NCBI GenBank assembly: GCA_963662315.1
Contig: OY759353.1
Span: 4,384,001 to 4,448,000, forward strand
Length of the DNA: 64,000 nt
Direction of reading: 5' to 3'
Origin: Geopsychrobacteraceae bacterium
GTDB taxonomy: Bacteria; Desulfobacterota; Desulfuromonadia; Desulfuromonadales; Geopsychrobacteraceae
Under the pieces are notes generated by a model. It saw only the letters and a program-made list of their open reading frames with translations. It was not told the DNA's origin and made no database searches. A program made the translations under genes and the position numbers. Positions 31,900 to 42,832 of the stretch are shown one piece after another. Each line of letters starts with the position of its first letter. The stretch's first letter is position 1.

Positions 31900-33642
31900 T
31901 TAATTTCTCTCCAGACAATTGTTAATTTCTGACCATGGACCTTCCGCAACAACCTGCCCCATCTCGAGCACCACAACCTGATCGGCATGCTCCAAGGTCG
32001 GCAGGCGATGACCGATAATAACCACGGTCAGATCCCCGTGCAGATTTTCAATGGCGGTGCGAATACGGGCCTCATTCTCCAGATCCAGCGCGCTGGTTGC
32101 TTCATCCAGAATCAGTAAGCTTGGGCGTCTTAACAGAGCTCTTGCTAGCGCCAGCCTCTGACGCTCTCCACCGGATAGGAGAACCCCACCATCTCCAACC
32201 AGCGTATCCAGCCCCTCAGGCAGGTCATAAATAAAACTGGCCGCAGCTCGGTCCAATGCTTCTTGCAGTTGTTCGTCTCTAATACCATTTGCACCCCAGA
32301 GCAGATTATTGCGCACGCTATCATGATTCAGGTAGACATCCTGAGGAACATAGGCGACACAATGGCGCCAGGCAATACGGTCAGAGCCCTCGATGATGGT
32401 ACCATCAATACGCAGGCTCCCTGAATCCGGAATCAGTAGACCGGATAAAACATCAGCCAGAGTGCTCTTGCCTGCACCCGATTCGCCCATGATGGCCGTT
32501 GTCGTCTTTGCGGGAAAGGTGAGAGTGATGTTTCTAAGCGCAGCTTGGTCCCGTCCTTGATAATGAATCGTCAGATTGTCCACCTGTAGCGCTGTTTTGA
32601 TTATGGTGAGGTGTTCCGATAAAGTATGTGGTGGTTCTACATTCTGCTGGCAGTCCAGCAGCAGGTTTTCTATCTCAAAGAGGGCAGGCATGGCATGGAG
32701 CCAGTGATGGTAATGTTGATGACCGGTCATAAAAAGAGGAATCAGACGAGAAAACAGCATGACAAGGACTACCAACTCGGCCAGTGGTATTCCCAGGGAT
32801 GTGATGCCAACATAAAGAAACAGAGCCAGCAGGAGTGCTCCAAGGGATTGAAAGAGGGCCTTGGACAGACTGGTGCTGGCCACAAAACGCAGTTGCTGCT
32901 GTCGTAGTTGGCCAATGGTATTGCTGAAATTTTCAAGGTGTCTGGTTTCTGTACCAAAGATCTTGGTCAGCCTGATCCCTGCCAGAGCTTCATACAGGTT
33001 CTGATGCAGATTACGGTTTGCCTGTCCCAGATTTTGCCCCAAGGACAAGGCTGTTCGACGCTGTTTTGACAGAATAAAAAAGACCAGACCGCCACTTGCC
33101 AAGGCTAGCATTGTGATCGGCCAGGACAAGACGAAGGCGGTAGCCAAGTAAGTTGCGCCACTGATGATGCTGACTGTCAGCCCCAAACCAAAATTCAAAC
33201 CGACCCCGGCTCGGCCCACATCAGTTAATAGTAGGTTGGCATGGTCCGATTTTTTTCCAGCCACAATCCAGCGCCACTCAACATGTAACAGTGCAGAGAA
33301 ACAGCGCAACCGCAGAGAATCGACCACTTGGTGCTGAAAAATTGATGAGAGTCTCTCACGCAGGTACTGAATGGCGCTGCGAAAGCCAATCAGAATAAGA
33401 AAGCAGATGAGTAACCCCTCAAGCGATATCGGCAAACCCAGTCCTTGGATGAGATTGACCAGGCGTTCGACCAGAGGGTTGGTGTCCGCTTCGCGCCCTC
33501 CTAGGACGCCGATCATGGGGACCAGCAGCAAAAGGCCAATCCCTTCAGTGAAACTTGACAGGGCCATCAGAATAAACAGGCCCATAGGCCAATGTCGGGG
33601 CGCAGTCCCGAGCAAGCGGAAAAATAATTGAACAGATTTCAT
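31900..33642 (-). CDS. ABC exporter (fused permease/ATPase), lasso peptide D-type
   Basis: TM domain, GESGAGKST, LSGGERQR, LILDEATSALD. Confidence 0.92.
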   Translation of the reverse strand: MKSVQLFFRLLGTAPRHWPMGLFILMALSSFTEGIGLLLLVPMIGVLGGREADTNPLVERLVNLIQGLGLPISLEGLLICFLILIGFRSAIQYLRERLSSIFQHQVVDSLRLRCFSALLHVEWRWIVAGKKSDHANLLLTDVGRAGVGLNFGLGLTVSIISGATYLATAFVLSWPITMLALASGGLVFFILSKQRRTALSLGQNLGQANRNLHQNLYEALAGIRLTKIFGTETRHLENFSNTIGQLRQQQLRFVASTSLSKALFQSLGALLLALFLYVGITSLGIPLAELVVLVMLFSRLIPLFMTGHQHYHHWLHAMPALFEIENLLLDCQQNVEPPHTLSEHLTIIKTALQVDNLTIHYQGRDQAALRNITLTFPAKTTTAIMGESGAGKSTLADVLSGLLIPDSGSLRIDGTIIEGSDRIAWRHCVAYVPQDVYLNHDSVRNNLLWGANGIRDEQLQEALDRAAASFIYDLPEGLDTLVGDGGVLLSGGERQRLALARALLRRPSLLILDEATSALDLENEARIRTAIENLHGDLTVVIIGHRLPTLEHADQVVVLEMGQVVAEGPWSEINNCLERN

Positions 33643-33829
33643 GACTGTCTGATGGTTGCCCTTTTTCAGTTTTGGGTCACTGCGTAGCGGAAAGCATTTT
33701 GGAGTGTGAACAACGGCGTGCTATATTAGCAATCTTACAGATCAGACACAACTTTTTGATTGTGCTTTGTGCTGATAATTAAAACGCTTTTGCCAAGAAA
33801 CAACGGCGCTATTCTGTCATGGGTGGCGG

Positions 33830-34747
33830 TTGCAAACATCGAGACAACGGATCATGGATCACCTTCAACAACTTGAAGCCGAGAGTATCCACATCATGCG
33901 CGAGGTGGTCGCCGAGTTTGCCAACCCGGTGATGCTCTATTCTATCGGTAAAGATTCGTCGGTTATGCTGCATCTGGCACGCAAGGCCTTTTATCCAGGC
34001 AAGCTGCCGTTTCCGCTGCTGCATGTCGATACCACTTGGAAGTTTCGTGAAATGATCACCTTCCGCGAGCGCATGGTCGCTGAGCATGGTTTTGAGCTGC
34101 TGGTCTACACCAATCAGCAGGGTGTGGATCAAAAGATCAGTCCCTTTGTCCATGGCAGCGCTCTGTACACGGACATTATGAAAACCGAAGGGCTGAAGCA
34201 GGCGCTGGACCAATACAAGTTCGATGCCGCTTTTGGTGGTGCGCGGCGCGACGAAGAGAAATCCCGCGCCAAAGAGCGCATCTTCTCGTTTCGAACCAGC
34301 AATCACAGCTGGGACCCGAAAAATCAGCGCCCGGAGCTGTGGAATTTGTACAATGCCAAGGTCAATCCGGGAGAAAGCATCCGCGTCTTTCCACTGTCCA
34401 ACTGGACCGAGCTGGACATCTGGCAGTATATTCATCAGGAAAATATCCCTATCGTGCCGCTCTACTATGCCAAGGAACGCCCCGTGGTTAACCGCGACGG
34501 TATGCTGATTATGGCCAATGACGAACGGCTGGAGCTACGTTCCAGCGAGCAGGTTGAAATGAAATCGGTGCGTTTCCGTACCCTTGGCTGCTATCCACTG
34601 ACCGGGGCCGTGGAGTCAAAGGCGACCACTCTGCCCGACATTATTCAGGAGATGCTGCTGACCAAAACCAGCGAGCGGCAAGGGCGGCTGATTGATCACG
34701 ATCAGGCCGGATCGATGGAGAAGAAAAAGCAAGAGGGATATTTCTGA
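33830..34747 (+). CDS. cysD: Sulfate adenylyltransferase subunit 2
   Basis: [36 protein letters not shown]; start may be ATG at 33854. Confidence 0.96.
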   Translation: MQTSRQRIMDHLQQLEAESIHIMREVVAEFANPVMLYSIGKDSSVMLHLARKAFYPGKLPFPLLHVDTTWKFREMITFRERMVAEHGFELLVYTNQQGVDQKISPFVHGSALYTDIMKTEGLKQALDQYKFDAAFGGARRDEEKSRAKERIFSFRTSNHSWDPKNQRPELWNLYNAKVNPGESIRVFPLSNWTELDIWQYIHQENIPIVPLYYAKERPVVNRDGMLIMANDERLELRSSEQVEMKSVRFRTLGCYPLTGAVESKATTLPDIIQEMLLTKTSERQGRLIDHDQAGSMEKKKQEGYF

Positions 34748-36645
34748 TGGCCCATCAATCTGTGTTGATTGCTGATAACATCAACGACTACCTCAAAGCT
34801 CAGGAGCAGAAAGACTTGTTGCGTTTTATCACCTGCGGTAGCGTTGACGATGGCAAAAGCACTCTGATCGGGCGACTGCTGTGGGATTCAAAGTTGATCT
34901 TTGAGGACCAACTGACGGCGCTTGAAGCGGACAGCAAGCGCGTTGGTACGCAAGGGGGGGGCATCGATTATGCCCTGCTACTCGACGGGCTGCAGGCCGA
35001 GCGCGAGCAGGGCATTACCATCGATGTGGCCTACCGTTTTTTCTCCACCGACAAGCGCAAATTCATTGTTGCCGATACGCCCGGCCATGAACAGTACACC
35101 CGTAACATGGTCACCGGCGCCTCGACGGCCGACGTTGCGGTCATCCTCATCGACGCCCGCAAGGGGGTTCTGACTCAGACCAAACGTCACAGCTATCTGG
35201 TCTCACTGGTCGGCATCAAAAATGTCATTGTCGCCGTCAACAAGATGGACCTGGTCAATTACCGTCGGCAGCTCTTTGCGGAGATCTGCGACGACTATCG
35301 GGCCATCGTCACTGATTTGGGCTTTGAAGATATCCACTTTATTCCCCTGTCTGCTTTGCAGGGGGATCATGTGACGAGCTGTAAGCTTACAGCTAAGCCC
35401 AACATGCCCTGGTATTTCGGTCCAGCGCTGCTCGAATGTCTTGAACACATTGCTGTCACGGACTCGGCCAAAAGGCGGAGTTTTCGTTTTCCCATCCAGT
35501 GGGTGAATCGCCCCAATCAGGATTTTCGCGGTTTCAGCGGAACTATCGCTTCAGGAACCATCCGGCCAGGGGATCCCGTCGTTGTTGCCGCTTCAGGGAA
35601 AATCAGTCGGGTTGCACGTATTGTCACCATGGACGGCGATCTGGCTGAAGCGGTGGCAGGGCAGGCGATAACCCTCTGCCTGGAAGATGAAATCGATATC
35701 AGCCGTGGAGACATGCTCTGCTGCCCTGAGCAGCGGCCGTATTATGCCGATCAGTTTCAGGCGCGACTGGTATGGCTGCATGAAGAGACACTACTGCCCG
35801 GCCGCAGTTATCTGCTGAAAGCCGGGGGCGCGACAATTCCCGCTCAGGTCAGCGAACTGAAACGCAAGATCAACGTCAATACTCTAAAGCTGGAGCCGGG
35901 GAAAACCCTGGAGTTGAACGAAGTCGGGGTCTGTAACCTCAGCCTTGGCAAGTACCTTTCTTTTGATCCCTATAGCGAAAACCGGCATACCGGCAACTTC
36001 ATCCTAATTGATCGCTTCAGCAATGCTACCGTCGGGGCCGGAATGATCGATTATCCTTTGCGCCGGGCGGATAATATTCATTGGCAGTCTATCAGCCTGA
36101 ACAAGCAGAGCCGCTGCGCCCTGAAAGGCCAGCAGGCAAAGGTGCTCTGGTTTACTGGTTTGTCCGGGGCCGGCAAATCGACCATCGCCAATCTGGTGGA
36201 GCAAAAACTGCACGCCATGGGCAAGCACACCTATCTGTTGGACGGCGACAATATTCGTCACGGTCTCAACCGTGATCTGGGTTTCACCGATGTCGATCGG
36301 GTTGAAAACATCCGCCGCATCGCCGAAGTGGCCAAGCTTTTTGTTGATGCCGGAATCATCGTTTTGACGGCCTTCATCTCCCCATTCAAAAGTGAACGTG
36401 CCCTGGCCCGCGAGTTGTTGGACGAGGGGGAGTTCATCGAAATCTTTGTCGACACCCCGCTGGAAATCTGTGAACAGCGCGATCCCAAAGGTCTTTATAA
36501 AAAGGCGCGTAGTGGCGAATTGGTCAACTTTACCGGCATTGATTCTGAGTATGAAGTTCCGGATAATCCAGAGTTGATTATTGATGGCAGCAGATATTCG
36601 GCTGAAGAGTTGGCCGAGCAGATTGTTGCGGCGATGCGGAGTTGA
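34747..36645 (+). CDS. cysNC: Bifunctional sulfate adenylyltransferase subunit 1 / APS kinase
   Basis: [28 protein letters not shown] and [22 protein letters not shown]. Confidence 0.96.
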   Translation: MAHQSVLIADNINDYLKAQEQKDLLRFITCGSVDDGKSTLIGRLLWDSKLIFEDQLTALEADSKRVGTQGGGIDYALLLDGLQAEREQGITIDVAYRFFSTDKRKFIVADTPGHEQYTRNMVTGASTADVAVILIDARKGVLTQTKRHSYLVSLVGIKNVIVAVNKMDLVNYRRQLFAEICDDYRAIVTDLGFEDIHFIPLSALQGDHVTSCKLTAKPNMPWYFGPALLECLEHIAVTDSAKRRSFRFPIQWVNRPNQDFRGFSGTIASGTIRPGDPVVVAASGKISRVARIVTMDGDLAEAVAGQAITLCLEDEIDISRGDMLCCPEQRPYYADQFQARLVWLHEETLLPGRSYLLKAGGATIPAQVSELKRKINVNTLKLEPGKTLELNEVGVCNLSLGKYLSFDPYSENRHTGNFILIDRFSNATVGAGMIDYPLRRADNIHWQSISLNKQSRCALKGQQAKVLWFTGLSGAGKSTIANLVEQKLHAMGKHTYLLDGDNIRHGLNRDLGFTDVDRVENIRRIAEVAKLFVDAGIIVLTAFISPFKSERALARELLDEGEFIEIFVDTPLEICEQRDPKGLYKKARSGELVNFTGIDSEYEVPDNPELIIDGSRYSAEELAEQIVAAMRS

Positions 36646-36701
36646 GTCTAATGATAGAATGGCGGCTGGGAGTGTCATCAGATGCGGCAAGACGATAATT
36701 T

Positions 36702-37325
36702 ATTGATCATCAGCTTCTGCTGGATCAGCTCAAGATCGCAAACACAGAACCGGAACTTCAGGCTCTTGTAGAAGGATATTTGACACTTCCCGATGGCCAC
36801 GGCAGCGGCAAAAGGATGGTCGCAGGGGGAGCGATTTCACCGCTATTGGTTGCTCTTTACCTGACGCCGCTGGATAGGGCAATGGAAGCCGAAGAAACCA
36901 GTCGCGGTCTTTGCTATCAACGTTTTATGGATGATTTTGTGATCTTCGCGCCAACCCGCCATAAGCTGCGCGGCGCACTCAAAAAGATGTATCAGGTTCT
37001 GGACAGGCTGAAGCTCAGCGTGCATCTGGACAAACGCTATATTGGCCCCACACACAGAGGATTTGATTTTCTGGGGTATCGCTTGCACCCTGGCCGTAAG
37101 TTGCGACCCGCCCGGCAAAGCCTGAACCGTTTGTTGCAACGTGCCCGCCGGCTTCATGAGCAAGGAGCCGACAACGATCGGCTCCGGCAGTACGCTCAGC
37201 GATGGTACATTTGGCTCCATGGGGGCTTGCGCGGTCGGGTAAGCACTCATGGGCGGTTTACCCGGATTTGGACGACAGTATTACACCATCTCTCATATTC
37301 AAACGAATCAATCAGCAAGCCTTAA
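36702..37325 (+). pseudogene. N-terminally truncated reverse transcriptase, copy A
   Basis: In-frame IDHQLLLDQL, GGAISPLL, RFMDDFVI (YxDD variant), GFDFLGY; upstream RT domains absent (stop at 36696). Confidence 0.8.
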
Positions 37326-37405
37326 CGGCCAAGGGCTGTGGGCTTGGAAGGATGTGATAGTTTGATTTTTGTCAGAAACAGTGGGGCGCGTTTGTTCTCA
37401 GTAGG

Positions 37406-37558
37406 TTAGGACCCCGGACCAATGTTAGGCGTCGCCTCACTTGTTGAATACAAAAACTTACCGTAGGTCGATGGTCCAACTAGAATTAAGGTAAGCTCTG
37501 GTACACTGTACGGCAGCTTTTCATCTTCTCTACGCTCTATAAATTTATTGCGTGTCAT
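37406..37558 (-). CDS. Lasso peptide precursor A1 (50 aa)
   Basis: MTRNKFIERREDEKLPYSVPELTLILVGPSTY-GKFLYSTSEATPNIGPGS: YxxPxL leader, Thr at -2, Gly1, Glu9, C-terminal Ser; GAGGA RBS. Confidence 0.85.
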   Translation of the reverse strand: MTRNKFIERREDEKLPYSVPELTLILVGPSTYGKFLYSTSEATPNIGPGS

Positions 37559-37815
37559 GTCTTTTTCCTCGCATCAGTTATATATTTGAAAAAGAGTTGA
37601 ACATGCACCATCACCTAGAGACAGCGCGGCTGGCTGAAACTTGGCCAAGTATATAAAATAAAAAAGTCTAAATCAACTATTCATCCGACTTCTGATTTTT
37701 GGTCTGAAAATTGTTGATTATGGGGCATTCCCGCAATCCCTGTCTTTTGAGACAATGCAAACCCTCTTGGCTTCGACCAAATCTTACACCGACTGTCAGA
37801 TCGAGTTTGAGTTGC

Positions 37816-38387
37816 TCAAACTGATGGGAGGGCTGCTGGCAACAGGGCATTAGCCTCTTCCGTTGCAGACAATACAGTCGTCACCCCTTCAACCACCCGT
37901 TCAACCACTGCATAGCCCATATCCTTGCTCGGTTTCCACGCCACTCGCTTGGGCACGACGCCATCAATGGCACGACGATGCAGGTAACGCCCCATCCCTT
38001 TGGGTCCTACTTTTTCGATACTGGGAGTGGACAGGTACTGCTGGACCAATCTGACGTCCCAGAGAGGCCAACAGTAATCGACACCGTAAGCCGCTGCCAT
38101 CACGGTGCAGTTTTCCAGACGGGCTGTCAGCTGCATTTTCTTCAGGTGATGCTGCAGAATAAAATCGTTGATTCGGCGATAGGGGGCGTCATAGATAGCC
38201 GTTTCCATATAGCGTTCATACAGATCAAGTCGTTGAACAGTCTCGGGGCGGAGCAACTGATGTGGCCAGCGTTGATTCCAGGCCTGTAGGAAGGCTGGTC
38301 GGTGGCTGGGATTCTTGCGCGCCACCACGGACGTTTTCAGTAAACGAAGCATTCTGCGAAACGGATCGCCCGGCAAAATATCCCACA
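37816..38387 (-). pseudogene. Duplicated 3' fragment of the lasso cyclase
   Basis: Near-identical to 41275-41750; lacks a 197-bp segment bounded by CATAGCCC direct repeats. Confidence 0.85.
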
Positions 38388-38926
38388 AGGATATTTGACA
38401 CTTCCCGATGGCCATGACAGCGGCAAAGGGATGGTCGCAGGGGGAGCGATTTCACCGCTGTTGGGTGCTCTTTACCTGACGCCGCTGGATAGGGCAATGG
38501 AAGCCGAAGAGACCAGCCGCGGTCTTTGCTATCAACGTTTTATGGATGATTTTGTGATCTTCGCGCCAACCCGCCATAAGCTGCGCGGCGCACTCAAAAA
38601 GATGTATCAGGTTCTGGACAGAGCATCCGGACAAACGCTATATTGGCCCCACACACAAAGGATTTGATTTTCTGGGGTATCGCTTGCACCCTGGCCGTAA
38701 ATTGAGACCCGCTCGGCAAAGCCTGGACCGTTTGCTGCAACGTGCCAGCCGACTTCATGAGCAAGGAGCCGACCTTGATCGGCTCCGGCAGTACGTTCAG
38801 CGATGGTACCTTTGTCTCCATGGGGGCTTGCGCGGTCGGGTAAGCACTCATAGGCGGTTTACCCGGATTTGGATTGCTGTATTACACCATCTCTCATATT
38901 CAAACGAATCAATCAGCAAGCCTTGA
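38388..38926 (+). pseudogene. Reverse transcriptase fragment, copy B (frameshifted)
   Basis: Near-identical to copy A but with an about 14-nt deletion near 38620 that splits it into ORFs 38395-38667 and 38684-38926. Confidence 0.8.
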
Positions 38927-39006
38927 CGGCCAATGGCTGTGGGCTTGGAAGGATGTGATTGTTTGATTTTTGTCAGAAACAGTGGGGCGCGTTCGTTCTC
39001 AGTAGG

Positions 39007-39153
39007 TTAGGATGGTCCATATAAATTAGATGTCGTCTCTACCGGTCCAAAATCCTTTCCTGATGCCGTTTTCATTAAATCGACCTCCAACAATGGTGGG
39101 ATATAAGGCTGCTTTTCATCATCTTTGTTTATGCTTGTAGTCTTCAAAATCAT
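39007..39153 (-). CDS. Lasso peptide precursor A2 (48 aa)
   Basis: MILKTTSINKDDEKQPYIPPLLEVDLMKTA-SGKDFGPVETTSNLYGPS: YxxPxL leader, Thr at -2, Ser1, Glu9, C-terminal Ser; GAGGA RBS. Confidence 0.85.
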   Translation of the reverse strand: MILKTTSINKDDEKQPYIPPLLEVDLMKTASGKDFGPVETTSNLYGPS

Positions 39154-39330
39154 AGTATTTTCCTCTTCTCATAGCTTTAATTAAGGAATAATGCAAGATC
39201 GTGCGGCAACAATGAGAGGCAGCACAGCCGGCTGAAACTTTGCAAATTATATAAAATAAAAATGTCTAAATCAACTATTCGTCCTACTTCTGATTTTTGG
39301 TCTGAAAATTGTTGATTATGGGGCATTCCC

Positions 39331-40887
39331 GAATGGCGCTAGTTTAAGCAAATTACCATGAAGGAAATAGCTGAAAATATTGGCCTAAAATGACATAATG
39401 ATGCATGAAAAATACAACGCCAATGTTCCCAGGATTCCACCTTCAGACACTTCGCCGAAAGCCACAATCAGCACAGCAAAAACTTGCCAAAGAGATGGCC
39501 CTGCTGAAACAAAAATCGTTCAAACAAATCGGCGAGTTTTTTGAAAATTTCATCCCCTGTTCGCTTCTCAAGCCTGAGCAGGTTGGGAAAATGAGCCGCA
39601 GAAGACTCTTTTCCAAAGAGAACACCTTCTGGGCTTTTTTTAGCCAGATCCTGGACGCCGATGGTGGTTGCAAGGAAGTCATCCGCAAGCTTCAGGCCTA
39701 CGCCTCTCTCAAGGGCGTCCTCATTCCGTCGTCTTCAACAGCATCTTATTGCACAGCTCGCAAGAATCTGGATGAAGTGATGCTTTCCGACATTCTCGAG
39801 CATACCGCTACGCAACTTGAAAAAATGCCAGAAAGCGGCTTATTGAATAACCGGCGCGTCATTGTTGTCGATGGGACAGGAATCAGTATGCCCGACACGT
39901 TAATGAATCAAAGAGCTTGGCCTCAGTCGTCCATGTTGAAGGCCGGATGCAGCTTTCCGGTTGCCCATATTTGCGCCTGTTTTTCTTTGCAGACAGGGGG
40001 ATTGCTGAGCTTCGAACTAGGTAACAAAAAAAACAGTGAATTGACCATGTTTCGCAAGCAGTGGCAAACTTTCAACGAAGGCGATATCTTCTTGGGAGAC
40101 AAGGGATTCTGCAACTACTTCGATCTTTCAGAGTTGAAAAAGCGCAAGGTTGATAGTGTTGTCACCCTTGCCCGTAGAGCCCCCGTTACCGCCGGGGCAT
40201 GTCAAAAGAAACTCGGTTCTCATGATCTGCAGATCAACTGGGAACGTCCTAAATATACCAAGAAATTTGCTTATACAAGAGAACAATGGGAAGCTCTTCC
40301 CAAAGAACTGACCTTACGGCAGATAAGGGTTGAAATTGAGTGCCCCGGGTTCAGAAAACAGAGCTTTTACATCGTGACAACATTGCTCGATGCCACACAA
40401 TATTCAGCAGAAGACATTGCAGAGCTTTATTTTAAACGTTGGAATGTGGAGCTGTCCTTTCGTGACCTAAAAACAACCATGGGCATGGATGTGTTGCGTT
40501 GCCAGTCACCGGAGATGATTCGCAAAGAAATATTGATGCACTTCATCGCCTATAATTGCATTCGGCGGTTGATGTACGAGGCGGCAGAAGAAGCGGATAT
40601 TGATCCCCGGATTGTCAGTTTCAAGGGGAGCTTACAAGCACTGCGAAACTGGAAATCACACATGAATCAAGCGCAGCTCAGTCCGGCAGAACAATTCCGG
40701 CTGATCAGCGATCTATATGACGCTATAACTGATGTTCCCATTTATCAGAGACCAGGCAGAAGTGAGCCTCGCTGTGTGAAACGAAGACCCAAAAACTACC
40801 AAAGAATGACAGCACCAAGACATGAAATGAAGGAGATTCAACATAGGAGCAGATATCATGCTAAGAGTGCTTAAACTAGCGCCATTC
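39331..40887 (+). mobile_element. IS4-family insertion sequence (1557 bp)
   Basis: Perfect 20-bp terminal inverted repeats GAATGGCGCTAGTTTAAGCA; 11-bp target duplication GGGGCATTCCC at 39320-39330 and 40888-40898. Confidence 0.93.
39405..40874 (+). CDS. IS4-family DDE transposase
   Basis: VVDGT, LGDKGF and Y..RWNVE..FR.LK (YREK) motifs. Confidence 0.93.
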   Translation: MKNTTPMFPGFHLQTLRRKPQSAQQKLAKEMALLKQKSFKQIGEFFENFIPCSLLKPEQVGKMSRRRLFSKENTFWAFFSQILDADGGCKEVIRKLQAYASLKGVLIPSSSTASYCTARKNLDEVMLSDILEHTATQLEKMPESGLLNNRRVIVVDGTGISMPDTLMNQRAWPQSSMLKAGCSFPVAHICACFSLQTGGLLSFELGNKKNSELTMFRKQWQTFNEGDIFLGDKGFCNYFDLSELKKRKVDSVVTLARRAPVTAGACQKKLGSHDLQINWERPKYTKKFAYTREQWEALPKELTLRQIRVEIECPGFRKQSFYIVTTLLDATQYSAEDIAELYFKRWNVELSFRDLKTTMGMDVLRCQSPEMIRKEILMHFIAYNCIRRLMYEAAEEADIDPRIVSFKGSLQALRNWKSHMNQAQLSPAEQFRLISDLYDAITDVPIYQRPGRSEPRCVKRRPKNYQRMTAPRHEMKEIQHRSRYHAKSA

Positions 40888-41047
40888 GGGGCATTCCCAC
40901 AATCCCTGTCTTTTGAGATAATGCCAAACCCTCTTGACTTCGACCAAATCTTACACCGACTGTCAGATCGAGGTTGAGTTACTCCAACTGATAGGAGGGT
41001 TGCTGGCAACAGAGCATGAGCCCCCTCCGCTGCAGGCAAAACAGTCG

Positions 41048-42736
41048 TCACCCCTTCAACCACCCGTCCAACCACTGCATAGCCCGGATACCACGGCGGA
41101 AGAAAAAAGCAAATTCCTGACTCACGTGGCCCTGTTCTGCCCTGGCTATTTGCGTGCGCAACTTCTCCAGATCGATCAATTCAGCCAACGCAGGTTCTAA
41201 ATTTGCTTCCAATTCTCTGGCGTCCTTGGCTATTTGGATAACACCACTTTCCTGCATCTTCTGATGCAGTTGCCCATAGCCCATATCCTTGCTCGGTTTC
41301 CACGCCACTCGCTTGGGCACGACGCCATCAATGGCACGACGATGCAGGTAACGCCCCATCCCTTTGGGTCCTACTTTTTCGATACTGGGAGTGGACAGGT
41401 ACTGCTGGACCAATCTGACGTCCCAGAGAGGCCAACGGTAATCGACACCGTAAGCCGCTGCCATCACGGTGCAGTTTTCCAGACGGGCTGTCAGCTGCAT
41501 TTTCTTCAGGTGATGCTGCAGAATAAAATCGTTGATTCGGCGATAGGGGGCGTCATAGATAGCCGTTTCCATATAGCGTTCATACAGATCAAGTCGTTGA
41601 ACAACCTCGAGGCGGAGCAATTGGTGCGGCCAGCGTTGGTTCCAGGCCTGTAGAAAAGCAGGTCGGTGGCTGGGGTTCTTGCGCGCTACCACGGACGTTT
41701 TCAGTAAACGTAGCGTTCTGCGCAGCGGATCGCCCGGCAAAATATCCCACAGGGCCGGGTAGTGTCTGCCGTCCAGCAGTTCATAACGTAGATGATGGCC
41801 GGGATTAGTCACCACTTCATCACCACCAAATCCAGAGAATAAAGTATGAATCCCGCGCTGCTGACATTCCCGATAAAAGGGGGTGTGGGCACCGGCATTG
41901 CCATGCTCTTCGGGATATCCAAGCAGAGCCAGTCCGTCAGCTACGGGATCATTGCCATCTTCCAGGCCATAGCGATCTGAAATGATATAGTTGTGACGTA
42001 TTCTTCGTGCCTGACTGGTCTCCAGAATAAAGGCAGGTTCCTGTTCGCACAGAGCAAAACCGAAGCTGTAAAGACGGTCCCCTGGGACTCCAAGGAAATG
42101 CGCCAGGTAGGCGCTGATGGTCGCGGAATCAATCCCCCCACTGTTTTCCGTCCCCATGGGGGCATCGCTATCTATGCGGCAGCGGATCGACTCTTCCAGA
42201 ACCTCCCTATACGCATCGACCCATTTCTCATCACGTTTTATGGCATGAGGGGCATCGTCCTGCCACTGGTGATAGTGCTGGATCACCATATTGCCGGCAT
42301 GATCGCAGGTCAGCCAGTGCCCGGGGGGAACTTTTTTTATCTCCTTGTAGGCGGTTTCTGTCTGACTGAAGGACATATGCAGCATATAGCTTGCGGCCCA
42401 GTCCATATCTTTGGTCAGCGGCTTCGGACAACGACGCTGTAATTCCGGGATGGTAAAAGCGTAGGACAATTCCCCTTGCTCCACCCGATAGTAAAGGGGC
42501 TTAATCCCCAGTGGGTGCCGCACCAGATAGGTCAGGCCTGCTGATTTGTCAGTGAGCGCCAGTGCGTAATCACCAACAAGCTGCTCCGCAAGACCCGTGC
42601 CCCAGCGCTGCCAACCTGTCTTTAGCAAGGCGATGAGATCCTCCTCTTGACGACTCTCAAGGTTGAGTTTGGAGAGTAGCTCGGGGATATTGTGTAGTTG
42701 ACCTGAGAATTCTATAGCATATGTATTTGTTGACAA
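41048..42736 (-). CDS. Lasso cyclase (asparagine synthetase-like, C protein)
   Basis: HPLGIKPLYY, SGGIDS and SGFGGDE motifs; no N-terminal catalytic Cys; in cluster with RRE and peptidase. Confidence 0.88.
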   Translation of the reverse strand: MSTNTYAIEFSGQLHNIPELLSKLNLESRQEEDLIALLKTGWQRWGTGLAEQLVGDYALALTDKSAGLTYLVRHPLGIKPLYYRVEQGELSYAFTIPELQRRCPKPLTKDMDWAASYMLHMSFSQTETAYKEIKKVPPGHWLTCDHAGNMVIQHYHQWQDDAPHAIKRDEKWVDAYREVLEESIRCRIDSDAPMGTENSGGIDSATISAYLAHFLGVPGDRLYSFGFALCEQEPAFILETSQARRIRHNYIISDRYGLEDGNDPVADGLALLGYPEEHGNAGAHTPFYRECQQRGIHTLFSGFGGDEVVTNPGHHLRYELLDGRHYPALWDILPGDPLRRTLRLLKTSVVARKNPSHRPAFLQAWNQRWPHQLLRLEVVQRLDLYERYMETAIYDAPYRRINDFILQHHLKKMQLTARLENCTVMAAAYGVDYRWPLWDVRLVQQYLSTPSIEKVGPKGMGRYLHRRAIDGVVPKRVAWKPSKDMGYGQLHQKMQESGVIQIAKDARELEANLEPALAELIDLEKLRTQIARAEQGHVSQEFAFFFRRGIRAMQWLDGWLKG

Positions 42737-42832
42737 GTTAATACCTCTGCTTTCGCACCAGCACTAATCAGTGCAACTATTTGATTTTGAATGAATCTTT
42801 TACAATATAGTGGCCGGAACTGGGTGGTATGG

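Larger units (their letters stand above)
36774..41750. repeat. Tandem duplication: copy A about 36774-38387, copy B about 38388-41750 (with IS4 inserted)
   Basis: Near-identical RT fragment, precursor flanks and 3' part of the lasso cyclase in both copies. Confidence 0.85.

Noticed and set aside
36702..39153. Diversity-generating retroelement, retron or intact group II intron
   Set aside because: Both RT copies are truncated, there is no avd-like gene, precursor differences are not adenine-specific, and I saw no msr/msd or intron domain V
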